This document shows positions 10,980-20,655 of a stretch of DNA of 64,000 nucleotides, piece after piece; the first letter of the stretch is position 1, and the number at the start of each line of letters is the position of its first letter. Under the pieces are notes generated by a model. That model was not told where the DNA came from and made no database searches. It worked only from the letters and a program-made list of their open reading frames with translations. Made by a program: the position numbers and the translations under genes. The stretch covers positions 806,001 to 870,000 of the forward strand of contig SMSO01000007.1 in assembly GCA_004764695.1 (NCBI GenBank). Reading direction: 5' to 3'. The stretch comes from Schizochytrium sp. TIO01. Lineage: Eukaryota > Protista > Bigyra: Labyrinthulomycetes.

Positions 10980-12314
10980 ATGTCAGCGGGACCTGGCGGC
11001 GGGCGTGGCCTTGCCCCACGTCGCTTCGACCTAGTAGGCTGCATCTCTGCGTCCAGCTCTCTCCCTCGCCGCGAGGAGGCGCAACATGTGCTGGAGCGCA
11101 TTGCCGCTGCTGTAGAGCCCCTCATGAGGCGCCGGGGATGGTCCGTGCAGCGTCTGGAAGAGATGGTGCCGCGACAACAAGGACTCTTGGGCATGAACGT
11201 GAACCGTGGTGCCAAAATCCTGCTAAAGCTCCGCGATGCTGGAGCTTTCCTGCCTTTCGAGCAGACTCTAGACACCATGCTTCACGAGCTCGTGCATATG
11301 GAGATCGGTCCGCACAATGCTTCGTTTTACCAAATGTGGGATCAACTGCGAGACGAATGTGAACGAGATTTTGCTGCCAGTGGCCGCAAACCAAACCCAT
11401 CAGATCCTTACTCTTCAACAACCTCAGTCATCGCCTTCAGCGGCGAAGGTCGCCGCCTTGGTGGGAATCTCAAGCAGCCAGCCTCAGCGACAGGCCTGCG
11501 GGCTGCAGCGAGAATGGCAGCAGAGAGGAGACTCGGCGTAGGCGGCAGAAGACTAGGCGGAGCCGTGGGCGATGGTAGATCAGACCTAGGGACGGGACTC
11601 ACACCCAAGGAAAGAGCCCGAGCGGCAGCCGAACGACGTAGACAGAAACAGTGCACGTGCATTGCGTTAGAGGATGGCCATGACAGAGATCAGGAGCTCG
11701 ATGGCGATATAGATCTAAGTGTAACGGAGGAAGGCGAAAGAAGTAAGGCTGGCCAGGTGCTGGCGGGCTCTTCATCAACGGATGTTCCTGAGAATGGAGT
11801 GAAGGAGGCGCGCATTAACGCGGGGGAGAAGCAAACTCAGGAGAAGAAGAGACCGAGGGAGTCGTTGAATACTGGGTTAGAGAACAGTCTTAATGCTGAG
11901 GTCGTTGAAATTGATGTCTCGTGCAAACAAGGATCTGGGAAGGGTCTGCGCCCTGTTTCTTCTTCATCCTTTCTTTCAAAGTCAAATAACAATATTGAAA
12001 TTAGTGCCCACAACGGGATCAAGACAGTGCAGCAAGACAATGCAAAGCGCCGCAGAAGCAATCCAACTGTTCGGCGTAATCATGCCAAAGATGTTTTGAA
12101 CAGAGCTTGGGGTTGCCCTACTTGTACGTATATTAATGCTGAAACTCCACATCGAAGTTGTACCGCGTGTGGAGGGCAGCGACCTTCAGAGTCATATCTC
12201 TGGACATGTATATTTTGTGGACTAGAAAACTCCATAGACGCGGCCAAGTGCCTACGTTGCTCTAGCAAAAAACCTCGTCGTGTGAAACCATCTGGTTTTG
12301 TTGATCTAACATAA
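10980..12314 (+). CDS. WSS1: Wss1-like WLM metalloprotease (DNA-protein crosslink repair) with RanBP2-type zinc fingers
   Basis: WLM core LLGMNVNRG...TMLHELVH...HNASFY. SHP box FSGEGRRLGG; VIM-like RAAARMAAERR; WxCxxCT.xN..CxxC fingers x2; C-terminal SIM FVDLT. ATG at 10980 preferred over the upstream TTG. Confidence 0.92.
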   Translation: MSAGPGGGRGLAPRRFDLVGCISASSSLPRREEAQHVLERIAAAVEPLMRRRGWSVQRLEEMVPRQQGLLGMNVNRGAKILLKLRDAGAFLPFEQTLDTMLHELVHMEIGPHNASFYQMWDQLRDECERDFAASGRKPNPSDPYSSTTSVIAFSGEGRRLGGNLKQPASATGLRAAARMAAERRLGVGGRRLGGAVGDGRSDLGTGLTPKERARAAAERRRQKQCTCIALEDGHDRDQELDGDIDLSVTEEGERSKAGQVLAGSSSTDVPENGVKEARINAGEKQTQEKKRPRESLNTGLENSLNAEVVEIDVSCKQGSGKGLRPVSSSSFLSKSNNNIEISAHNGIKTVQQDNAKRRRSNPTVRRNHAKDVLNRAWGCPTCTYINAETPHRSCTACGGQRPSESYLWTCIFCGLENSIDAAKCLRCSSKKPRRVKPSGFVDLT

Positions 12315-12553
12315 CCAGCTTCTCAAGCTTGTATGTGTCATATTAAATCATGTGTATCTTGTATTTCTTTTGTTGGACAATATTGTTTTTTAGCAAAGAG
12401 TCATTCGGACAAGGCATAATAAAAGTTAACGAGGACTTATGGAAACTCAAGGGTACTTGCTCACTAGGCACCAGGTTCAATAATACAAACGATTTTAGTT
12501 AAACATTTAATAAACAGGATGTGGATTTTTGGTTCATAGTAAGTAGGTCATAA

Positions 12554-13075
12554 TGAGATGTGGTTATGATTACTTAGAGGTATTTGGGGAAATGTCTGAG
12601 GTGATAGTAGTCAGTTAGTATTATGACTAGGATTGTCTTGTTGAATGTGCTTGATAGATTCAAGTGCTTTTAGTCGCTTTGGTATTTCGGGTCTGCTTGT
12701 CAGGTTTGTCGAGCGCACCCACTTCTTAGTGTTGCGTATTCCACTCCCCTTGCTTCCTCTCCTTTAAGGCCCATGAATCCTATTCAATAATGAGAGCGCC
12801 AATGGCGACTACTCTGCAATAAACATAATTTCTGCAGAGTAGCTTGTGCTGTGAAGCGTGCAGAGATAGTCTGACAAAGATGGCAAGCTCAAGAGAAGGA
12901 GAAAAAGGATTATATATGAGTTGTTGGGATTTGTTTCGGGTCTGGATGCACGCAGAGATGAATGTATCATGCTAGTCCAAAACATTGTGTCGAATATGAG
13001 AGTTATGTTCTCTGACAGGGGGGTTTGGTTAGGTTAGGGTTAGTGTGAGCTTGGTTAGGTTAGGTTAGGTTAGGC
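12554..13075 (-). mobile_element. Inverted, 5'-truncated copy of the copia LTR
   Basis: 12554-12709 is the reverse complement of 13428-13581, and about 12850-13075 of about 13155-13335, with substitutions and indels. Confidence 0.88.
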
Positions 13076-13125
13076 GTGAATCAAGTAGGTACACCTTTTC
13101 ACCTTGCAAAGTCCTGTCGTAAAGA

Positions 13126-13581
13126 TGTATTGAAGTAATATACAGCCAGCTACTGCCTAACCTCACCTAACCTAACCAAGCTGTCCTGCCCGACACAGCC
13201 TGTGTATTGGACTGACATCATACATTCATCCCTGCCTGTTATCTCGACGCGAAACCCCAATAACTCATATATCATCCTCTTTCTCTTTCTCCTGAGTTCG
13301 CCATCCTTGTCAGACCACCTTTGCACACTTCAGTAAGCCCTTCTCAGTAATAACTCGATGGGAACAAAGCAAGAGCCTTACCCAGGGAACGAAGGGAACA
13401 AAGCAAGCATCGAGAGGAGTTTGCAAAGCAAACCTGACAAGCAGACCCGAAATACCAAAGCGACCAGAAGCACTTAAATCTATCAAGCGCATTCAACAAG
13501 ACAACCCTAGCTACAATACTAACTAACTACTATCACCTAAGACATTTCCCCAAATACCTAAGTAATCATAACCACGTCTCA
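13126..13581 (+). mobile_element. 5' LTR of Ty1/copia element (~456 bp, TG...CA)
   Basis: Starts TGTATTG and ends GTCTCA, followed by the PBS-like GGTTATGG (13585-13592) and the gag ATG. Homologous copies at 12554-13075 and 45888-46110 support the boundaries. Confidence 0.8.
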
Positions 13582-13595
13582 CTAGGTTATGGAAA

Positions 13596-14510
13596 ATGTC
13601 TCAACAAGAAGAAAGCGCAACCTCCCCGTCTCATACAGGCGTGATGGCCGGTGCCAACCGAGAAAATACGAGGATAGTGAGTGATGCCATCTTTGATCAC
13701 TCAAGGCAGAATTTACCCAGAATAAAGGTTGGTGGAGCGGATACCTGGAGAATAGCTCGTAGGCAATTACTTGCGCAGATGGATAAAAGGAAACTAAAGC
13801 CAGAAACAATACGAGCATGCACAGATCCAGCCACTAAACGTGATATGGATGCAAAGCTATTTGCCTTTATAGTAACTGAAGCAAACTTACAATCAGACTT
13901 GTTTCTTATCATAAACAAGGACAACGCAGCTATGTCAGGCCTCAAGGCATGGGATAACCTCGAATCGCATTTCATATCGAAAAACAATAGAGAAGCCGTA
14001 GCTTTGATAAATGAATTTTCATCCTTAATCTCAAGAAGAGAAATCCTCGCGAGACAACGACAAGGTAAACCAGCTTTCAAGCTTCTTTATCGTCAGGCAG
14101 AAGCAGTCGTGGAAGAACTACTCACATATGTGGACCCAAACAATGCGGCAAAAGAAATAGCCTCATTAATGATACTCGCAACACTTGATAACATAGAGTC
14201 ATACTCATCCAGTTATGAACTCAAGACAATCCTCGCGGGTAAGAGAAAGAACCTACATTTAGATGCAGAGGAACTTAGTAATGTAACACCTGACGTAAAA
14301 GATCATCCGTCGTTGCAAATAGTCCGAGAACCAGTTCAACAATCGACTATGATGACACAAGGTCCACCCAATCAACAAAATAACAGCCAGTACAATCGCA
14401 AACGCTCGTACCGGAGCACCATTGTATGCAAAAGGTGTGGCAAAAAGGGACACTATGGTAACGAATGCAGAACCAATCCAGACCCACAATCGCGCCAACA
14501 GTATCGATAA
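13596..14510 (+). CDS. Copia Gag-like protein with CCHC zinc knuckle
   Basis: SGLKAWDNLESHF (copia gag A.xW..L motif) and CKRCGKKGHYGNEC. Confidence 0.85.
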   Translation: MSQQEESATSPSHTGVMAGANRENTRIVSDAIFDHSRQNLPRIKVGGADTWRIARRQLLAQMDKRKLKPETIRACTDPATKRDMDAKLFAFIVTEANLQSDLFLIINKDNAAMSGLKAWDNLESHFISKNNREAVALINEFSSLISRREILARQRQGKPAFKLLYRQAEAVVEELLTYVDPNNAAKEIASLMILATLDNIESYSSSYELKTILAGKRKNLHLDAEELSNVTPDVKDHPSLQIVREPVQQSTMMTQGPPNQQNNSQYNRKRSYRSTIVCKRCGKKGHYGNECRTNPDPQSRQQYR

Positions 14511-14694
14511 CGCCCACACAAGGCTCAACGACCTTCGCTTCCAGCAAACAATCGAGATGCAGATTCAGCTGTAAGTAGCCATGTAAAACATTCATATTCC
14601 TACAAACTCAACTGACTCGACTACGAACAGCAACAGCTTTGATACTTATGTCGATGGTTACGGATTCGACGTGGGACCCCCATTACCCTCCAAC

Positions 14695-16330
14695 ATGGCT
14701 ATCCTAGATACGGGATGCACAAGAACCATTACTGTCAATCGCGTTGTATTCCAAGAATGATGACATCATTATGAATCGCGTACTCAACTGTTTTCTAGAT
14801 CCAATGAACTCTGAAATGCTAACCTCACCTGCATTCCCGCATACTTCACATGATACATCCGATACCAGGGTTGATGTATCGAACTCTACTAAGCTTACTC
14901 CTTCATTTGAAACACTCTTGGGGACTAACAGCCCTCCTATGAACACACCCTAAAATAGTGCTGTGATAGCTTCGCCGCATGAACACACTGCAATGGCTTT
15001 ACCGCCTGACAAAGATAGATAGAATGACCTCACCGTCTCCATTTAGTATTTTATCACCCACTCTAAATGAACCAATTCTGAGTTCCCCTCTTTTATCCAG
15101 ACGTGCAACGAGTGCGGTCTTGTTAATGAATGAAAAACCTGACTTCGCTAACCACGGATCAGATGATTATGAGAACCCTGACTTCGCTAACCCCGAATCA
15201 GACGACATGAGAAACGTGGCTTCGCTAACCACGAATTAGATGATTATGAATCAAATAGAAGTACACATGATCAAAATGCACTACCCCGAATATCTTCCCA
15301 TGATGCAGGAGATGATGATGATAACGATAATGATTATAAACCCTCACAGGAATCTACCATAACAACAGAAATCAGACGTAACAGTCGTACACGAATTCGA
15401 GTTACACGTATTAACATTGTCTCTGCAACTGCATTTGATGCAGCAAATAGACATACATACAGTGCACTGACTATACCAGTAGCCCGAATGGGGGAGCAGT
15501 CCCAACCAGACCTTTCAGGAATGGGGGAGCATGTTTCCATGACACATACTCAACACGGGACCAAGCGTCCACGATCTGACGGAACCTTTCATGCTTCACG
15601 TCAGGGGGGGGTCTAACAAATTCTGTAAAGCAGAAAACCAATAACATCAATGTCATGTTAACAACACAAAAGCCCGTCATACGACTGACTTCAAATATCA
15701 CTGTTCCAAAGACATAAAAAGAATTCACAAAGATGCAGCCCGAAGACCAGGAACCTTAGATAGAAGCTATTCAGAAAGAACTGTCAAACCTTGAACGACG
15801 CGGCACTTTCCTACTGGTCCCAAGATCGACTGCAACCACAGGTACCATGGGAGCCAGATGGGTATTCACTTACAATGAAATCGAAGACATCGCAAAAGCA
15901 CGGCTAGTTGTGCAAGGCTTTGACGAACCACTCCAATCGAAAGTGGGTGTCTATGCACCAACATCAGACGCTTAACACTTCGAACTGCTATTGTAGTTGC
16001 TCTAACTCGAAATTGGGAAATAGCAGTACTAGATGTATTCGCAGCTTTTTTTATCAAGCAGAAATCGACCACGAAGACAAGAATATCTTTGTGGAACCAC
16101 CTGAAGATGTAACAGTCCCGAATGGACACGTTTATAAATTAGCTCGCTCACTTTATGGCCTTCGTACAAGTCCGAAGCGTTGGTCCCAACATTTGTCAAA
16201 GACACTCTTTGACAGTGGACGCAGGAAAAGCAAATTTAATCCCAGTTGCTACATGAATAACAACTCCATTATCATTACTCATGTCGATGACCTTTCCATA
16301 TTTGGAACAACAAATGCGGTACAAGACCAT
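14695..16330 (+). pseudogene. Copia pol pseudogene (aspartic protease + reverse transcriptase fragments)
   Basis: AILDTGCTRT at 14698-14727. PKT*KEF...P*IEAIQKELSNLERRGTF...RWVF...KARLVVQGF, SLYGLRTSPKRW and HVDDL (about 16280), with stops and frameshifts. Confidence 0.9.
15138..15250 (+). repeat. Three ~39-bp imperfect tandem repeats inside the copia pol linker
   Basis: CTTCGCTAACCACG/CCG.ATCAGA.GA..ATGAGAA recurs three times. Confidence 0.8.
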
Positions 16331-17269
16331 CCGAAGCAGGAACAACACAAGGACTCCAGATCGATTCTGAGAAATTACTTTGCTTAGGACAGACTAAGAC
16401 CTTGTGAGTGTTTCTTGTGTTTTTCAAAGAATACTCCACAAAAATGTTGATGTTGCAGGATCTTTACAAGACGTTTGGCGAGTTCTTCCTTGCCATAAAA
16501 TTTTGCTAATGCAGCCCTTGCCTTTATCTATTTCCGTAGAAGAGTAGCTCTGCATTGTCTAAATCTTTGTAAAAGAACAACTATCGTCCTTTCAATATTT
16601 CTGAGAGATTCATTTTACTCCCAACGCTTTTCTCGGCCTCGCTTTGCCTTTGCTGAAGCTTGTAATAAATGTCCCTTATTTGTTTATCCTAGCGTGAGAA
16701 GACTTTGAATGCACCGGGTGATTATTAGCTTTTTAATCATTTTAAAAAATTGCGATCTCCAAGGATCTCTTCAAATGTAGACAACGTCTCAGGGTAAAAT
16801 ATTCCCATTGTACCAGTGTTGCAAATGATTATTTCAGGTTGTAGGGCGTCAATGTGCCCTCATCTTTCCTAGATGACTTTGCACACACATACCCATGGGT
16901 AGTTATGTTCTGATGACTCAGAGAAGTGCTGGAAAAGTATATAATTTAGTCACAAAACATAGAGCGAAGAGTATGCATTCAACGCACCTGACTTGTCAGA
17001 ATAACTCTTTTATTTGAAAAAAATCGCGTTGTGCATGCTAGAGAAGTGCCAAAGAGTTTTCAATCCTATTATATCGCTGAGATACCGATGCTGAGTAGTT
17101 GAAGGTTTCGAGAAACGTCTAGAGACTCTACTTGAGAGGAAGCTCAATTTGCGGACGCACTTTTCACTTCACTGTTAGAACTTTGCTCTAAATTTTCACA
17201 CAACGCAGGTGGGACAGGAGAGGGGGCGACCGATGTTTTCGTTATTTGACTACTTGCCTTCAAATTGCA

Positions 17270-19156
17270 TTAGCTCCTTAACGATTCAAGCGTCTGACCG
17301 CCTTTTACGTCACGATTCTTGTCGTACGATCGATCACCATCCTGAATAGAATGATGTTTCAAAAGTGCATACCGGTTTATTGGACTCACTCCCGTCTTTC
17401 GAAGGCCAAGTAAACAGTTTTTCTCTGTGAATGTTTCTATGAGAGCCTGCCCAGCCAAGCCGATGATTTTTGGGACATTCAGGGGATGCTCCTTATTTTC
17501 GCCAGAAGTTTCCCAGCTATCCCTTAATCTTGCAATCCTTTGCTTTAAATCTCCAAAAGGATGCACATCTGGACCCTGGGATATTGAAGTTGTATTGGGA
17601 AGCCGGCCAGCAAGAACAACGCCCTCTTTTTGAAGTCTTTTAATCAAATTGATACTAAGGCGAGAGTAATGCCAGCCTGTTAGCCATAAAACTCGCTTCC
17701 CAGGTTCTGGAGCTATGTCTGGAAACATTTTCTTAATACAACCTTCCAAAATAAGCTCTTCAATATTCTCTGAGGTTATTTCCCCTTTTTTATTAACTCC
17801 AATAGTAACATTTTTAACCTCCTGTCCATTCACAGGTGGTAATGCTGGAAACTTTGGAGCCAGCTCGTTTATCTCAGATCTTGTAGCGTCGTTGATGTTT
17901 TGGTCAGATTGCACCACCCAGACAGGCACTGTAGGTTTACCTGATACGGTGTGCCCACCAAACAAGGTAATGTGCTTTGAGCATGTTGTGTTTGCTGCTC
18001 CTGTACAATCCTTTATAGAGTTTTCATCTGATATGTCCGATTTCGACATTTGAGTAACGGAGAGTTTCCTTTTTTTAAATGATGTTTTCATTTTGCCTCC
18101 ATTCACGCAAATTTCATCAGTAATAATGACACGTTCTGGATGTAGCCATATCAGTTCACCATTTCTATCTTCAGATTCTAGAGGTTTTCGAGCAAATTCG
18201 TAATCTAAGAGAAGAGATTTGAAGCGATCAAACCACCAATTGATACGATTTGTGTTGGACCATCGCGAAGTTCGAGTTTCAGGGTCGCGTCCAAGTGCCT
18301 CAGTAAGGTTTGGTTTGACTTTTTTCATACGGCTAAACCATAGACGATACCACCCCATTGATGGGCGCTTAATGTTCAAAGATGGTTTCCCTTCTTCGGT
18401 GAGCATGTCTCCTGCTAAATTTAAAACATCCTCGCGTGAGATAGGAAACCCGAGGTGATCGAGATACAAAACAGTTTCCAAAAGGTTCTCTTCAGCACAT
18501 GTATCTAAAGCGACTGGGCGCCCTAATACCCTGGACGCGTCACGAGTACCAGAATGCCACCGTCGTAATGTCGAATCGTGAATTTCAATATGTAGATACT
18601 TTTTGAAAAACTTGCAAGCATCAACAGAATCCTTAAAATGGTGTGAACTCTTGCTCTCTAGATCAGTGATTTTTTCGCTGAGATTTTCAATCATGGTAGA
18701 CTTTCTCAAGATGCGCAGCTCCAGTGATGCAGCTATGATTTTGTCCGTGTCTTTTGGTAAATCAGACTGAGCCATCTGCTGATTATGAGTTCGTAACTTA
18801 GCCTCCAGCTCCTGCAGTTCATGCATCAATTCTGTCCTCAACTTTTCATCGCTGGCCTTTTGTGTCTCGTGCTCGCTTCGTAGGCCATACCATGTCTTCA
18901 GCAAGGTCTTCACAGCTGGAGGCAGACCCTTTCTCCCTGTGGACGCACTCATCTCCATGTCTACATACCTTTTCACAGCGTCGCAGAGGGAAACGCGACG
19001 CACAAGGCTTGCATTTGGGCCATCACCTGCAAGTTTAACTATCCCGTCAGGTAACAACTCAACTATTCGAAATGAAACATTGTCCTCCTTAAAGCAAACC
19101 TTATTGCCTATCAGCTCAACCGCCTCTTGCAGTTGTGCCTGCTCCCAAGCGTCCAT
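17270..19156 (-). mobile_element. pogo/Fot1-type (Tc1/mariner superfamily) transposase, probably inactive
   Basis: HTH (STLRRW), CENP-B-like HTH (EENLLETVLYLDHLGFPISRED...PSMGWYRLWFSR), first D in ITDE, LWLTGWHYSR at the second-D position, and PNTTSISQGPDVHPFGDLK with 35 residues between positions 2 and 3 (DD35D spacing). ATG at 19156. Confidence 0.88.
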
Positions 19157-19259
19157 TGGCACCGCGCAAAGACGCAACCTCGCACGTTTTGCAACTGTAT
19201 CTATGAAAACGTTAGAACTAATATAGGAAGTGCCATTTCATTTACATTAGTATATGTCC

Positions 19260-20026
19260 AGGTCTTTGTTAGGGAGTGGAGGTTAGGTAAGAAAATGGAA
19301 TGGCCAAGGAACCGCCAACCTCGAGTGAAGCAAACCTTCAATTCGAAATATCAAAGTATTTTAAACAGAAGTTTGGTGTCTCGGCAAGTGCTCTTCGGGT
19401 TCTTCCCCGGAGGAAATCGCATACACGCAAGTGAAGACGTTGAGGGCGGTTTGTTCCAGCGGCCGCGAGCAACGCAGCACAGGCTGTACCATGATATACG
19501 CCAGAGTATCCTCCGCCAAGCAAAAAGAGAATTTCAAATGCCGAATTGGTGATCTCTAGCATACCCATCCAGACGTCTCCGCTGTTTACAAAGACATTGG
19601 CAGAGGGGTCAACTTCGAAAGGCCGTGCTTGCGACTACCGGGAGTCACCGCAAGCTTGCTGTGAAAACTACGGTGCTATCCTTTTGCCTAAAGTTGAAAC
19701 CTCAACAAGTTAGCAAGATTCATCAAACCCAAGACAGCTCGAATGGTGTGTTGTTTGTTGGCTTCTGACAAGTGCTCATTCACAAACCCGAGCTTTTCCC
19801 CTGCGACTGGTGTAAATTAGTCATTTGCTGAGAGACTTGCACTTCAAAACCACGCAATGAATGTGGTATCATCCACAACAACTTCGAAACATCCAAGATT
19901 TGGCATCATTTGCGGTACCTAGCCAAGTACACAATTTAAGGATTGTCTTTGAGTCGCGGGTTAGCTTTTAACCCGCGATTGGTCACTTTGTCCCCGGAAA
20001 TGCAAATTTTGCAATTTTTATAGGTC
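19260..20026 (+). mobile_element. Non-autonomous IS607/Fanzor2-derived mini-element, copy 1 (TnpA + Fanzor2 remnants + putative omega-RNA end)
   Basis: Cross-frame translation: KFGVSASALR (MerR-like HTH), PGGNRI, MIYARVSSAKQKE...VYKDIGRGVNFERPCL (IS607 serine recombinase). Then HRKLA/CENYGAILLPKVE, KTARM, QVLIHKPELFP..WCKLVIC*ETCTSKPRNECGIIHNN and LRYL (Fanzor2/TnpB C-terminal half), followed by a 3' hairpin. Confidence 0.88.
19930..20024 (+). ncRNA. Putative omega-RNA scaffold / right end of Fanzor2 element (copy 1)
   Basis: Lies directly after the Fanzor C-terminal remnant. Stems ACAAT/ATTGT, TCGCGGGTTA/TAACCCGCGA and TGCAAA/TTTGCA; 53 nt identical with copy 2. Transcription is not demonstrated. 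Confidence 0.55.
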
Positions 20027-20655
20027 AAATGCTAAGTGGAATCACTCGGTATATCTAAACTATATTAATTTTAATTATAATAGTTTGGTGGGCAGAACCC
20101 ACGATCTGAAGTGCGCGTTTTTATTTTCAATTCTCAGTATACGTTTCTGTTACGTCCATGGTAAATGGAGAATTAAAAACTAAACAAGAGATAAACAGTC
20201 GCATTCGTTGCACGATAGTGCTAAACCGTGCATTGGGTTGAGAATAGCCAAGTACCTCGGTACCTCTTGTTCTTCGTTTTCTGCAAGTTGTGACAGAATT
20301 GTTAATACTTGACTGTTCGGTTTAGTACTTCTCCTATCATTATTAGAGAATTAGGTACGGATTCGACGACTGAAAGCAAAGTACGTGTATCTGGTATGTA
20401 GTAATTTAATATTTAAAAAAAACGGAGGCAATTAATTTGACGTGAAGACATTACATTGGGAAAATGGGTTGATAACGATAGAGAAACCCTGACGCCCCTT
20501 CAATCTTATGTATTGAGAAGATAATTTGTTTCTACTCTGCCATATTCTTACTTTCTTAATTGGGATCTTCAGCAGCAATGTGGAGTTCCTCGAAAAAGTG
20601 AACTGGTTTATAGCTTCGAGAAAGGGTCTTCAAAATAGGATATCTTGTTGAGCTC

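Larger units (their letters stand above)
13126..16330 (+). mobile_element. Truncated, degenerate Ty1/copia LTR retrotransposon
   Basis: LTR, gag with CCHC knuckle, protease ILDTGCT and RVT_2-type reverse transcriptase remnants. No RNase H or 3' LTR seen. Confidence 0.92.

Noticed and set aside
19127-19552. 141-aa ORF, and the 87-aa ORF at 22340-22603, as functional genes
   Set aside because: They are chance or partial frames through the decayed TnpA; no intact recombinase or Fanzor nuclease exists in this window.
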